64,000 nucleotides of DNA from Acidobacteriota bacterium (GCA_965263035.1 OZ253580.1:672001-736000), one strand, 5' to 3'. Counted from the stretch's first letter, positions 29,458 through 42,064 are shown. Made by a program: numbers and translations. The notes: a model not told the origin generated them from the letters alone.

Positions 29458-30150
29458 TCACCTGGACCGCATTTCCGCCGGCACCGATTCCCGGTTGCGC
29501 CGCCACTCGATCTGGAGTCCGCATCGGGCACAGAGCGCATTCTTCCACATTCGGCGGTGGAGCCGCCGGCGGAACCATCGTTGCCCGCAACCGCACGTGC
29601 CCACCCATTGGGGAACGCTGTGAGTGACCTCGTGACAGCGTTCTCCACTGCAGCCGATCTCCCGAGCCTTGGCCTTCCAGACGGTGTCGTGATGGTGACC
29701 TTGACCGACGATGGCGTGAGCGATCTCGTGGAGCAGAGTGTCCTCGATCTGGGTCCGTGTTGCCCGGAGGCAGTAGCTCACGGAGAGTTCGATTCTCTTT
29801 CGGACGTACCGGCAGATTCCCGCACGCACGGGAGAAAGGTCGAATCCGAAGGTCCAGCCGGCATCCAGGCCGCCGACCCGCCGGTGGCGTTCCAGCAGCT
29901 TCTGGGCGCGGTCCTCGACCTCCCGGAGTGTAAACTCTGCTGCCCGGGCCCGCTCGATGACGGTCACGGCCCCGTAGGGGACCCTCCAGCGGGTGCCGTC
30001 CATTGCCGCGACGACGGCATACCGGAGTCTCAATCCGGTGACGGCGCCCTCGATCCACCCTTCGGCGGATGGAAAACGCACGCGACTTCCCGGGGGACAG
30101 GCGGCCCCGGGAAAATCGGCTGAGATCACGGTCTTGTAACGCGGGATCAT
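29458..30150 (-). CDS. SprT-like zinc metalloprotease domain protein
   Basis: RAGIC, DTLLHEIAH, HHHDTVW; C-terminal Cys pairs (CGC...CARC). Confidence 0.82.
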   Translation of the reverse strand: MIPRYKTVISADFPGAACPPGSRVRFPSAEGWIEGAVTGLRLRYAVVAAMDGTRWRVPYGAVTVIERARAAEFTLREVEDRAQKLLERHRRVGGLDAGWTFGFDLSPVRAGICRYVRKRIELSVSYCLRATRTQIEDTLLHEIAHAIVGQGHHHDTVWKAKAREIGCSGERCHEVTHSVPQWVGTCGCGQRWFRRRLHRRMWKNALCARCGLQIEWRRNRESVPAEMRSR

Positions 30151-30344
30151 GGGGCAGAGGTCGAAAGATCCTCCTCGTCCTCCAGGTGAACGGGGGTGTC
30201 AGCCGGTCCCGGAGTCGCATTCATGATGCCACAGACGACTGCTAAATCGAGGTTATCGGGTTGACGCCGGCGGTGGTCTCTTGAAAGCGCCCCGTTGCTC
30301 CGATAACATGATCGGTTGAGTCCCGGCTTGCGGGCCCGAGACCA

Positions 30345-32382
<2,038 letters not shown>

Positions 32383-32576
32383 CAGCCCGTGGCAAAAGTC
32401 GTCACGGCATTCGACCGTCCCTGCATCCCGGCGGACTGCGTTGCGACTCGGTCACATACTCCCGGTATGCTCCCTCATCGCGCCTGGTCCGGCGGGCGCA
32501 GGAACGGTCTCGGTGCTCGCGGGACTTTCACCACGGACTGTCAACAGCCCGTGGCAAAAGTCGTCACGGCATTCGA
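32383..32576. mobile_element. MITE-like repeat family A, copy 2 (32383-32540) plus an adjacent 32-bp partial copy (32545-32576)
   Basis: Starts immediately after the thiC TGA; inverted relative to copy 1; the left end is repeated after TCAA. Confidence 0.8.
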
Positions 32577-32632
32577 GCCCACCAAGCCGGCCCTTCCGGT
32601 CAGGGCGCCGCCATCTCCAGGCTGGTCCGGCC

Positions 32633-34282
32633 GTGACCCGAGCCCGGACATCGAGGCTGGCGCTCCTGGCCGCCGGCTCACTCCTGGTCATTTCGCTCTG
32701 CATCGCCGGTCTCACCGACGATCTCGGTGAGGGAGGCGTGTCCAGCATCAACGAATCCGATCTGAGATCGAGCGTCTCGTTCCTGGCTTCGGATGATCTC
32801 CAGGGACGCGGCACCGGATCTCCGTTTGGCCGGATCACGTCGCGTTATCTCGCCCACCGATTCCAGCTGTTGGGTCTGGAACCCGCCGGAGACGGGGATT
32901 CCTATTTCCAGCATTTCAGGCTGGTGCAGATGGAGCTGGGCCAACGAAACGCCCTCGAAATCCGATTTCCGGGTGGAGCTTCCCCCAGGAACCCCGAGTT
33001 GTTCGCCGAATTCTGTCCGGCGCCCCTCTCCGCCAAGGGATTCTCCCGGGGCCCAGTGGTCTTTGCCGGCTACGGAATCGTGGCTCCGGAGTTGGGGTAT
33101 GACGACTACGACGGCCTCGACGTCAAGGACAAGGTCGTCATGGTGGTGCGTCATGAGCCCGGAGAAAAGGATCCGGAGAGCCCCTTTCTGGGAGTCGTCG
33201 CTACCGAACATGGCCTGACCCGCCGCAAGATTCTCAAGGCTCAGGAGCGAGGCGCCGCCGGCGTTCTCCTGGCGCCGCATGTGCTCGATCACACGGAACG
33301 GAGAAAGCTGACGCGATTGGCCCGATACTTCTGGCCCGAGCAGGGTCTCACCCGTCGGCGTTACCTGGAGATCTGGGCTGAAGCCGTAACGATTCCGGTT
33401 CATTACGTCTCCGCCGAGTTGGCCGATTCCATGTTGGAAACGCAGGGGACCAACCTGAAGGAACTCCAGCAGAAGATCGATCAGGACCATGGGCCTCAGA
33501 GTCTGATCCTGGAGGGTGTGGAAGCGCACCTGGAGTCGGACACGGTGCCGCATGCGACGGACGTTCGCAACGTCCTGGCCACTCTCCCCGGGGTTGATCC
33601 CCGGTTCAGCGGAGAGGTGGTGGTGGTGGGCGCCCATTTTGACCATCTCGGCGCCGACGACGCCGAGGTCTATTACGGCGCCGATGACAATGCCAGCGGC
33701 ACGGCGGGACTTCTGGAAGTGGCGGAAGCGTTCTCTCGAAACGCGCAGGGGGCCCGGCGCTCCGTCCTTTTCGCCGGCTGGGACGCCGAAGAATCAGGCT
33801 TGCTCGGCTCGTACTACTATGTGGCGCGATCCAGTTTTCCCCTGGAACGGACCGTCGCCATGCTCCAAATGGACATGATCGGCCGCGACGAGGAGGTTCC
33901 CGATTCCCAGGATCGACGATTTCGAGGCATGGAGAAGCAAAGCGCGCAACAGAACCGGAACTCGGTGAACGTCCTGGGTTACAGCCGAAGCAGCGATCTG
34001 CGGGAACGGGTCCGGGAAGCCAACCGCCGGGTCGGGCTGGAGTTGAGATTCCGCTACGACGACCACCCCATGAACCTGATTCGACGGAGCGATCACTGGC
34101 CCTTTCTGGCCCACGGGGTGCCGGTGGCCTTGTTTCACACCGGACTCCATCCGGACTACCACCGGACTTCGGACACGGTCGACAAACTCAATTTCGCCAA
34201 GATGGAGAAGGTGGCGCGACTCGTGTATCTCACTGCCTGGAGCACCGCCGACGAAATCACGAAACCTCGGTTGATCCCGTAG
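32633..34282 (+). CDS. M28 family peptidase with PA domain
   Basis: Signal-like N-terminus; LASDDLQGR, VVFAGYG, GAHFDH, GADDNASG, AEESGLLGS, RSDH, DYH. Start chosen downstream of the MITE. Confidence 0.88.
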   Translation: MTRARTSRLALLAAGSLLVISLCIAGLTDDLGEGGVSSINESDLRSSVSFLASDDLQGRGTGSPFGRITSRYLAHRFQLLGLEPAGDGDSYFQHFRLVQMELGQRNALEIRFPGGASPRNPELFAEFCPAPLSAKGFSRGPVVFAGYGIVAPELGYDDYDGLDVKDKVVMVVRHEPGEKDPESPFLGVVATEHGLTRRKILKAQERGAAGVLLAPHVLDHTERRKLTRLARYFWPEQGLTRRRYLEIWAEAVTIPVHYVSAELADSMLETQGTNLKELQQKIDQDHGPQSLILEGVEAHLESDTVPHATDVRNVLATLPGVDPRFSGEVVVVGAHFDHLGADDAEVYYGADDNASGTAGLLEVAEAFSRNAQGARRSVLFAGWDAEESGLLGSYYYVARSSFPLERTVAMLQMDMIGRDEEVPDSQDRRFRGMEKQSAQQNRNSVNVLGYSRSSDLRERVREANRRVGLELRFRYDDHPMNLIRRSDHWPFLAHGVPVALFHTGLHPDYHRTSDTVDKLNFAKMEKVARLVYLTAWSTADEITKPRLIP

Positions 34283-34352
34283 CGGCGCCTCGGTCAGCGC
34301 CGTTCCAGAGTTCCGGAAACCCAGTTGCAGTTCCGCCCGCCGTGCCGTTCGA

Positions 34353-34868
34353 CTAGCCGGCGCGCGCGATGGCGTCCAGCGCAGCGTCGTAATCCGGCTG
34401 CTCGGTCACCTCACCCACATACTCGACGTGCCGGACCACCCCTTCGGCGTCAACGACGAACAGGGCGCGACTGGCCAAGCGCAACTCCTTGATCAAGGTC
34501 CCGTAGTTCTGTGTGAACGAAGCCTCGCGATGATCGGAGAGCATGGAGAGATTTTTGACGCCGGCGGCGGAACACCAGCGGCTCTGGGCAAAGGGAAGAT
34601 CCATGCTGACCGTGTAGATCTTCACGCCCGGCAGTTTCGCGGCTTCCTCGTTGAAGCGCCTGGTTTGCATGTCACAGACGGGAGTATCCAGCGAGGGGAC
34701 TACGCTGAACACGCGGATGGAATCCCCGGTGTCGGCCAGCGTTACCGGGGTCAGGTCGGTAGAGAGGGCCTGGAAATCGGGAGCCGGGCTTCCCGCTTCG
34801 AGCTCAGGTCCCACCAGGGTGAAGGGATCGCCTTTGAGCGTTACTGCATTCGATCTTTCAACCGTCAT
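34353..34868 (-). CDS. tpx: Thiol peroxidase
   Basis: VPSLDTPVC, SMDLPFAQSRWC; RBS AAGGAGG. Confidence 0.95.
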   Translation of the reverse strand: MTVERSNAVTLKGDPFTLVGPELEAGSPAPDFQALSTDLTPVTLADTGDSIRVFSVVPSLDTPVCDMQTRRFNEEAAKLPGVKIYTVSMDLPFAQSRWCSAAGVKNLSMLSDHREASFTQNYGTLIKELRLASRALFVVDAEGVVRHVEYVGEVTEQPDYDAALDAIARAG

Positions 34869-35212
34869 ATTCGCCTCCTTGGTGGAGGGGTATTTTAGCA
34901 CGCCGGTGGGAACCAAGACGAGAAGTGAGGGGAAGGGAGGAAGCCAACCGGAAAATGTTCCCCTTCCGCCCCCCCCCCGTTCTGTTCCTTCGTTGTCCCT
35001 CCAGCCCGTCAGCCCTGATCGGTACAATTCAGGAGTAAGCACCGGTCGCGGGGGTTGAATTCAGGCTTGACTTGCACGACGGATTGAGGGGAAGCCACCG
35101 AGATGCATATCTCCCGTCCGACCCAAGATTTCGTTTTAACGAAACTTTTTTACTCGGAATTGCATCAAGTAAGATATTAGAAGAAGTGTAGCCCGGGCGA
35201 GTTGGATAGGAA

Positions 35213-35563
35213 GTGGCGTTAGAAATGAAGACTTCGGTAATCGAAAGCGAGGGCCTTTACCCTAAAACCCGAAAGCCGGATCCCTCCCTGAGGAATCTCG
35301 CCCTGGGAATTCTGCTGCAGGCATTTCGAGATATCGTAGCTCCCAAGAAGTCTGCCAGCAGGGAATGGGAACTCTGGCGCCAAGATGCCCTGGATTGGTT
35401 CTTCTCGAAAGAGAAAGATCCGGGAAGCTTCTGCTGGGTCTGCGACGTTCTGGCCCTGAGCACCAAGGAACTGCGGGAGTGGCTGGACCTGTACAACAGC
35501 AGCGACCTGGAGCAGAAGCGGGAAATGGCGCGAAAACTGACCCGCTTTCAGATCCGCCACTAA
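35213..35563 (+). CDS. Small hypothetical protein
   Basis: Plausible RBS and codon style; LQAFRD...ALDWFFS...SFCWVCDVL pattern resembles a small uncharacterised family. Confidence 0.65.
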   Translation: MALEMKTSVIESEGLYPKTRKPDPSLRNLALGILLQAFRDIVAPKKSASREWELWRQDALDWFFSKEKDPGSFCWVCDVLALSTKELREWLDLYNSSDLEQKREMARKLTRFQIRH

Positions 35564-35658
35564 TCTGCGCCGAGCACTGAATCGGAGCATACCGGAAGCG
35601 AAGAATCCGGAGGTCGCCCTCCGCGAGACATTCCGGTCGGGTCGCGGCTGCGGAGCAT

Positions 35659-36564
35659 ATGTTCAACAGCCCTCTTCTTGTTCTGCTCTGCATCATTCTG
35701 CCGCTGGCTCTTGCCATTCTGGTTGTGGGGATCCAGAGGCGCCGGTCGGCCCAGCCTGATCCCACCGGCACCACCTCGAATCAGTCGCTGCCGCCGCGGC
35801 AGGACTCATCCCTTCCCCTCATCGAGTTGACCGAGGTCTACAAGTCTTTCGGCCTCCAGATCGTCCTGAGGCAGTTGAGCCTGAAGATCAACCGTGCCGA
35901 AACCCTGGGGATCCTGGGAATGAGCGGAGGCGGCAAGAGTGTCCTGCTCCAGCTCATCGTCGGGTTGCTCTGGCCGGACAAAGGCGAGATTCGTTTCAAG
36001 GGTCGGAGTCTGGAGGAGATGAGCGAGAGTGACCTGCTGGACGTTCGCAAACGGGTCTCCTACGTCTTCCAGAGTGGCGCCGTCTTCGATTTCCTCAGTG
36101 TGGGCGAGAACATCGCCTATCCCCTGCGGGAACAGGGCATGGCCAACGAGGATCAGATCAATAGGCGGGTCGAAGAGCTGCTTGATGCCGTGGAACTGGA
36201 AGGGATGGGAGACCACGAGTACGACGAATTGAGCCTGGGCTCCAAGAAGCAGGTGGCCATCGCTCGCGCCATCGCCACCAATCCGGAAGCGATCCTTTAC
36301 GATGAGCCCACCTCGGGGGTGGATCCCATGATCGGCAAGTCGCTGTCGCGCCTGATCCGCAAGCTGAACCGCCAGAACAACCTCACCTCGGTGGTGGTCA
36401 CCCACGACCTGCAGTGTCTGGCCACCGTGTCCGACCGGGTCATCCTGCTCAAAGGTGGCCGGATCCACTTCGAAGGCGATCTGGAGGCGCTTTACTCCTC
36501 ATCCGACCCCTTCGTCCAAGCCTTCATTACGGGTCGGCGCCTGGACGGGCGGAGTGCGCCGTAG
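35659..36564 (+). CDS. MlaF-like ABC transporter ATP-binding protein with an N-terminal hydrophobic segment
   Basis: GMSGGGKS, VFQSGA, ILYDEPTSGVDP, VVVTHD. Confidence 0.85.
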   Translation: MFNSPLLVLLCIILPLALAILVVGIQRRRSAQPDPTGTTSNQSLPPRQDSSLPLIELTEVYKSFGLQIVLRQLSLKINRAETLGILGMSGGGKSVLLQLIVGLLWPDKGEIRFKGRSLEEMSESDLLDVRKRVSYVFQSGAVFDFLSVGENIAYPLREQGMANEDQINRRVEELLDAVELEGMGDHEYDELSLGSKKQVAIARAIATNPEAILYDEPTSGVDPMIGKSLSRLIRKLNRQNNLTSVVVTHDLQCLATVSDRVILLKGGRIHFEGDLEALYSSSDPFVQAFITGRRLDGRSAP

Positions 36565-36591
36565 ACCGCCCCGCATCGGGAAGGCGGGGCC

Positions 36592-37371
36592 TCACGACTC
36601 CCCGGTGTCCCGAGGAACCGGACGCACCGGGATTCCACGTTCCGCCAGAAACTCCTTCACGCCGGCGATGGAATACCGGTCGTAGTGGAAGATACTGGCC
36701 GCCAGTATGGCGTCGGCACGGCCGATCCGGACCCCCTCCAAGAGATGTTGCGGGGAACCGGCTCCGCCCGAGGCAATGACCGGAATCCGGACCAGCGAAT
36801 CGACCTTGTGCAACAACTCCAGGTCGTATCCGGATTGGGTCCCGTCCCGATCCATGGAGGTGAGAAGGATCTCTCCGGCTCCCAGCTCGGCACCCCGCTG
36901 GATCCACTCCAGGCCGTCCCAATCGGTCTCGTAGCGCCCACCCCCGATGTAGACCTTCCACGACTTTCCGTGCCGTTTCACGTCCACCGCCAGCACGATG
37001 CATTGGGCGCCAAAGGCCCGGGAGGATTCCCGGATCAGCTCCGGCCGCTTGACCGCGGCGCTGTTCATGGACACCTTGTCGGCTCCCGCTCGAAGCAACT
37101 CCCGGATGCGCGGCAGAGAGGTGATTCCTCCACCAACGGTGAAGGGAATGAAGATGGAGTCGGCGACTCTTCGGACCCAGTGCAGCGTCGTCTTACGCTC
37201 CTCGACGGTGGCGGTGATGTCCAGGAACACCAGTTCGTCCGCCCCTTCCCGGTAATATCGGCGACCCAACTCGACCGGGTCCCCGGCATCCCTCAGGTCC
37301 ACGAAATGGATCCCCTTGACCACCCGCCCGCCGGCAACGTCGAGGCAGGGAATGATGCGCTTAGCCAGCAC
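36592..37371 (-). CDS. hisF: Imidazole glycerol phosphate synthase, cyclase subunit
   Basis: [35 protein letters not shown]. Confidence 0.97.
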   Translation of the reverse strand: MLAKRIIPCLDVAGGRVVKGIHFVDLRDAGDPVELGRRYYREGADELVFLDITATVEERKTTLHWVRRVADSIFIPFTVGGGITSLPRIRELLRAGADKVSMNSAAVKRPELIRESSRAFGAQCIVLAVDVKRHGKSWKVYIGGGRYETDWDGLEWIQRGAELGAGEILLTSMDRDGTQSGYDLELLHKVDSLVRIPVIASGGAGSPQHLLEGVRIGRADAILAASIFHYDRYSIAGVKEFLAERGIPVRPVPRDTGES

Positions 37372-38080
37372 GAGCCATCTCCTCCAATGAGATTCTCCCC
37401 TCGTAGAACGCCCGGCCGATGATCGCTCCGCCCACACCCATTCCGTCGAGCCGGGAAAGATGTCCGGGTGTCGTGACACCGCCGGCCGCCACGAGCAGCA
37501 CGTGAGCGGGCAGCAATCCCAAGATTTTCCGGCAGGCTGCGTACCCGGGCCGTTTGAGCATTCCGTCCTGTTCCACGTCGGTACAGATGATCTGTTCGAT
37601 GCCCCAGTCCAGGATTCTCTTGAGCACGGCCTCCATGGTCAGTCTGCTTTCCCGCTCCCAACCCTGAGCCTGGAGGCGACCGCGGCGCAAATCGACGCTC
37701 ACGATGAAGGGAGAGGGTCCCCATTTGGAGATCCATCTCTCCACCTTTTCCGGGGTCTCCAGGACCGACGTGCCAAGGATCAGATGACCGGCGCCCCAGT
37801 CCAGGAGCTGGGAGACATCCGCTTCCTCACGAATGCCGCCGCCGATCTGGACGGTGACCCCCACGCGCGAGAGAATCCTGCGGATCGAATGCCGGTTGCG
37901 GCCTTCCCCAAAACGGGCGCCTTCCAGATCCACCACATGGATCCGGGGCAGACCCGCTTCCTGAAACTCCAAGGCCTGCTCCACCGGGTCCCCCGAGTAG
38001 ACCGTCTTGCGATGGAATTCGCCTCGAACCAGCCGCACGCATTTTCCATCCACCAGATCGATGGCCGGTATCACGAGCAT
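37361..38080 (-). CDS. hisA: ProFAR isomerase
   Basis: [29 protein letters not shown]. Confidence 0.95.
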   Translation of the reverse strand: MLVIPAIDLVDGKCVRLVRGEFHRKTVYSGDPVEQALEFQEAGLPRIHVVDLEGARFGEGRNRHSIRRILSRVGVTVQIGGGIREEADVSQLLDWGAGHLILGTSVLETPEKVERWISKWGPSPFIVSVDLRRGRLQAQGWERESRLTMEAVLKRILDWGIEQIICTDVEQDGMLKRPGYAACRKILGLLPAHVLLVAAGGVTTPGHLSRLDGMGVGGAIIGRAFYEGRISLEEMARAG

Positions 38081-38694
38081 GGTTCATCCACCCCGACGAA
38101 GTTCCTGAGCACACGGAGCCCCGGCTCGCCGGAACGCTCCGGATGAAACTGGACGCCCCAGAAATTCTTCCGGGACACCAGGGAGGCGAAGCAACTGGCA
38201 TAGTCGGTGACCGCCACCGTCTCGGCCGAGCCGGAAGGAGCGTAGTAGCTGTGCACGAAATAGAAGTAGGAACCGTCGGGGATACCGTCAAGCAACCTGT
38301 CTGCTCTCGCCTGTGCCGGCAATGAACGGCTGCGCCGGATCTGGTTCCATCCGATATGAGGCACCTTGACCCTGGAGTCGTCGAAGCTTCTGACTCGCCC
38401 GTCCATGATGCCCAGGCAGGGGGTGTCATCCTCGTCGGAACCGTCGAACAGAAGCTGCAGACCCAGGCAGATCCCCAGGAACGGAACCTGGAGTCCTTGA
38501 ATGACCGGGATCAGTCCCTGCTCCCGCAAGGAATCCATGGCGGCCCGCGCCGATCCCACTCCGGGAAGGATCACCTTGGAGGCCCTCCCGACCCGCTCGG
38601 GATCCCCGGAGAAGACGAAATCCACGCCCAGATAGGCCAAGGCGTTGCCCACGTTGTAGAGATTTCCCGCCTTGTAATCCACGACGACGATCAT
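38071..38694 (-). CDS. hisH: Imidazole glycerol phosphate synthase, glutaminase subunit
   Basis: LPGVG, GICLG, PHIGWN, YFVHSY, QFHPE. Confidence 0.96.
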   Translation of the reverse strand: MIVVVDYKAGNLYNVGNALAYLGVDFVFSGDPERVGRASKVILPGVGSARAAMDSLREQGLIPVIQGLQVPFLGICLGLQLLFDGSDEDDTPCLGIMDGRVRSFDDSRVKVPHIGWNQIRRSRSLPAQARADRLLDGIPDGSYFYFVHSYYAPSGSAETVAVTDYASCFASLVSRKNFWGVQFHPERSGEPGLRVLRNFVGVDEPCS

Positions 38695-38701
38695 ACGACC
38701 C

Positions 38702-39295
38702 TCACAGGCTTCCCTTGGTGGAGGGAATCTTCCCCCCGGCACCGGGATCCAGGCTGACGGCAGTGCGTAGAGCGCGGCCGAAACCCTTGAACATGGCCTC
38801 GATTCGATGGTGCTCGTTCTCTCCCGGATTGAGGAACTGAAAGTGGAGATTGGCGCCCACTTCGACGGCGAGCGACCGGAAGAAATGCGGCGCCATTTCG
38901 GTGGCCAGATCCCCCACCTTCTCTCTTACGGGACGGTAGTCGGAACGGAAGGCGAACCGCCCTCCCAGATCCAGGGCCACCGCCACCAGGACCTCGTCCA
39001 TGGGCAGTAGCGTCCATCCATAGCGGCAGATCCCCCGCTTCTCCCCCAGGGCCTGCTTCAACGCCTGCCCCAGGACGATCCCCACGTCCTCGATCAGGTG
39101 ATGATCGTCGACCTGCAGGTCCCCGTCGCCCTGGACCCGGAGGTCTATGGAAGAGTGCAAGGCCAGCAGTTCCAGCATGTGGCTGAAGAAGCCGGTCTGC
39201 AACTGGGCCGAGTAGCGGCCCTGCCCGTCCAGATTCAGCTCGATCTGAACCTGGGTCTCTCTGGTCCTTCGATCCACCGATGCTGTTCTCTTCAC
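38702..39295 (-). CDS. hisB: Imidazoleglycerol-phosphate dehydratase (monofunctional)
   Basis: RRTRETQV, DDHHLIED, PMDE, NEHHRIEA, IPSTKG. Confidence 0.96.
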   Translation of the reverse strand: MKRTASVDRRTRETQVQIELNLDGQGRYSAQLQTGFFSHMLELLALHSSIDLRVQGDGDLQVDDHHLIEDVGIVLGQALKQALGEKRGICRYGWTLLPMDEVLVAVALDLGGRFAFRSDYRPVREKVGDLATEMAPHFFRSLAVEVGANLHFQFLNPGENEHHRIEAMFKGFGRALRTAVSLDPGAGGKIPSTKGSL

Positions 39296-39336
39296 CTCTA
39301 ATTCCCCGTAGTTGGTCCCCGAGAGCGGGTCGGCCC

Positions 39337-40380
39337 TCAGGAAAGAATTCGACGCAGCTCTCTCAGAAACAGATCGTTCTCCTCCGGAGTGCCGATGCTG
39401 ACCCGGATGCATTCGTCCAACCCAGGCAGATCGCTGCGGTCCCGGACCACGATACCCTGCTCCCGCAGTTTCCTGCAGACGGTGCCGGCATGGGGGCAGT
39501 CGAAGAGGAGAAAATTGCTCTGAGACGGGAAGATTCGTCCCAGGCTCGGCAACGAAGCGAGTTCTCGAGACAACCGCTCCCGCTCTCCTCGGATCCGGAG
39601 CCATTTTGGGCGGTGGCGTTCCCAACCCTCCAGGGCCTCCAGGCCCTTCTGCATCACCAGCGAGCTGAGATTGTAGGGCGCCTTCACCTTCAGGAAGAAA
39701 GACGTCACCAGAGGACTCGCCACTGCGTATCCCAGCCTCAGGCCCGCCCGGCCAAAAGCCTTCGACAGGGTTCTCATCACCACCAGGTTGGGAAACGCCT
39801 CCACCTGAGGGACCAGAGAGGGAGTCTCGGAAAACTCCACGTAGGCTTCGTCCAGCACTACGATGCCCCGCCATTCCCCGCACAGTTTCAAGATCTGCTC
39901 CGTTGCCAGCACATCACCCGTCGGATTGTTGGGAGAACAGAGAAACACGACCTTCGCCGAAGCGGGCACAGCCTTCAGGAAAGCGTCTGCATCGAGACGT
40001 TGGTCCCGGTCCAGGCGAGACTCGAAAAGGGTGACCCCGAAAGTCTGCGCCATGACCCGGTACATCCCGTAGGTGGGCTCGACGACGGCCACCTGATCCT
40101 GACCGGGTTGGCAGAAAATCTTGAAGATCCAGTCCAGCACCTCGTCTGATCCGTTACCTGCAACCACTTGCTCGGGCCGGCTGCCGACGTATGCCGCCAG
40201 CGCTTCCCTCAGCTTGGCCTGATTGGGATCCGGATAGCGGTTCAGCTGGATCCCGTGCCAGTCGACTGCGAAAGGACTCTCGTTGGCGTCCAGCAGAACA
40301 CCCTGCTGCACTTCGTCGCGGGCCGACCGGTAGGCCTTGAGCTCCAGGATGTTCCGTCTCACCAGTTCGCGAACCTGCAT
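39337..40380 (-). CDS. hisC: Histidinol-phosphate aminotransferase
   Basis: LDANE, NRYPDP, GNGSDE, SPNNPTG, DEAY, RTLSKAFG. Confidence 0.96.
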   Translation of the reverse strand: MQVRELVRRNILELKAYRSARDEVQQGVLLDANESPFAVDWHGIQLNRYPDPNQAKLREALAAYVGSRPEQVVAGNGSDEVLDWIFKIFCQPGQDQVAVVEPTYGMYRVMAQTFGVTLFESRLDRDQRLDADAFLKAVPASAKVVFLCSPNNPTGDVLATEQILKLCGEWRGIVVLDEAYVEFSETPSLVPQVEAFPNLVVMRTLSKAFGRAGLRLGYAVASPLVTSFFLKVKAPYNLSSLVMQKGLEALEGWERHRPKWLRIRGERERLSRELASLPSLGRIFPSQSNFLLFDCPHAGTVCRKLREQGIVVRDRSDLPGLDECIRVSIGTPEENDLFLRELRRILS

Positions 40381-40381
40381 A

Positions 40382-41695
40382 TCAGTCTCCCGCCGGAACC
40401 CGTCCGGCGTCCTCACAACGAATCCGTACTTCAACCGCTCGTCGATGCCCCTCCAATTGCTCCAACTCGGCCATCACCTCCAACGTGGGGGCCAGGGACC
40501 GAAGTCCTTCCCGGCTCAATTCCTGGAACGTGATCTTCTTGACGAAACTGTCCAGGGAAACTCCCGAAAAACTCCGGGCCAGACCCGAGGTGGGCAGCGT
40601 GTGGTTGGTCCCCGACGCATAGTCTCCCGCAACTTCAGGAGACCAGGGGCCCAGGAACACGGAACCGGCGGCCTGTACCCGGGCGGCCCATCGCTTCGGT
40701 TCCCGAAGCTGAAGGATCAGGTGCTCCGGCGCGTACCGATTGGTGAACTCCAACGCCTCCTCCAGGGACGAGGTCCGGAGAGAGAAACTGGATCTCAGAG
40801 CCTCCCCGGCCAAGTCCCGTCGTGGGAGGTCTTCGAGGCGGAGATCCAACTCCCGGTTGACTCGAGAGATCAGCTCTCGCGAAGTGGAAACCAGAATGGC
40901 GAGGCTGTCGGCGCCGTGCTCCGCCTGAGAGATGAGATCGGCAGCCACGAAGTCGGGTCGAGCCGTACGGTCCGCCACCACCAGGACTTCACTGGGACCG
41001 GCCACCATATCGATGGCCACTCCCCGCTGTTGGGCCAACAGCTTGGCCGTCTGAACGACGGCGCTGCCGGGTCCCAGAATCTTGTCTACCCGGGGAACCG
41101 AAGTGGTGCCGAAACAGAGGGCTGCGATGGCCTGGGCGCCCCCAATCCGGAACACCTCGTGGATCCCCGCGATGGACGCGGCCGCCAGAACCTCGGGAGT
41201 CACCGACCCGTCGCGGCGCGGAGGCGTGCAAAGGGCCACTCGCGGACAACCGGCCAACACCGCAGGGACTCCCAGCATCAGGACGGTGGAAGGGAGGACG
41301 GCCGTTCCGCCCGGCACATAGAGGCCCACCGATTCGATGGGCCGCTGTTCCCTCCAGCAGCCGATCCCGGGCTCCACTTCCAGAAATTCTTCCTTCAGAC
41401 CCTGGGCGGCGTGAAATTTCCGAATGTTGGACGCCGCCCGTTCCAGGGCCCCCAGTCGAGCCGGAGACACTTCCCCCAGGGCCGATTCGAACTCGATCCT
41501 CGCGACCCGGGCATCCCCGATCTCCGCTCCGTCGAACCGGCGGGTGTACTCCCGGACCGCCTCGTCGCCTTTTTTCTCGACAGCCGAGAAAATCCGGCTG
41601 CAGACCTTCCATAGGTCCGGGTCATCCACAGGGTTGCGGCGGCACAGATCCGAGACCTGGGTTTCGGACAGTCGTGAGTAGTCGTAAACCTTCAT
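40382..41695 (-). CDS. hisD: Histidinol dehydrogenase
   Basis: GLYVPGG, GGAQAIAA, AGPSE, SQAEHG, APEHL, GDYASGTNH. Confidence 0.97.
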   Translation of the reverse strand: MKVYDYSRLSETQVSDLCRRNPVDDPDLWKVCSRIFSAVEKKGDEAVREYTRRFDGAEIGDARVARIEFESALGEVSPARLGALERAASNIRKFHAAQGLKEEFLEVEPGIGCWREQRPIESVGLYVPGGTAVLPSTVLMLGVPAVLAGCPRVALCTPPRRDGSVTPEVLAAASIAGIHEVFRIGGAQAIAALCFGTTSVPRVDKILGPGSAVVQTAKLLAQQRGVAIDMVAGPSEVLVVADRTARPDFVAADLISQAEHGADSLAILVSTSRELISRVNRELDLRLEDLPRRDLAGEALRSSFSLRTSSLEEALEFTNRYAPEHLILQLREPKRWAARVQAAGSVFLGPWSPEVAGDYASGTNHTLPTSGLARSFSGVSLDSFVKKITFQELSREGLRSLAPTLEVMAELEQLEGHRRAVEVRIRCEDAGRVPAGD

Positions 41696-41749
41696 CTCAG
41701 CCCACCTACGCTCAGCCCTCGTTTCACACTGCGCCAGGGCTCCGCGGCG

Positions 41750-42064
41750 TCAGGATGCCGTCGGCCGCGACTCGACGGCAGCCAACCGTCGGATCATGAG
41801 CCGATATCCGCCTTCGCCGTATCGAAGCCAGTGGGCGATCCGGGTGATGGTCGCCGTGCTGACTCCCGTGATCCGATGGATCTCTCGATAGGGGATCTCC
41901 CGCGCCACCAGCTGGGCCACCTGCCAGCGTTCGGCCATGGCCTTGAGCTCCCCCATGGTACAGAGATCTCGAAAGAATAAGGCGTACTCTTCCCTGCCCT
42001 GAAGCCGGGACATGGCATCGAAAAGCTCCCAGAGAGCCTCGTTCTCCTCCAATACACGCTCCAT
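41750..42064 (-). CDS. YerC/YecD family TrpR-like transcriptional regulator
   Basis: FFRDLCTMGEL..MAERW...YREIHRITGVSTATITRIA..L.YG.GGY; first gene of the his operon. Confidence 0.92.
   Translation of the reverse strand: MERVLEENEALWELFDAMSRLQGREEYALFFRDLCTMGELKAMAERWQVAQLVAREIPYREIHRITGVSTATITRIAHWLRYGEGGYRLMIRRLAAVESRPTAS

Noticed and set aside
36568-36590. GC hairpin between the convergent ABC ATPase gene and hisF as an intrinsic terminator
   Set aside because: It has a 7-bp stem but no U-tract on either strand.
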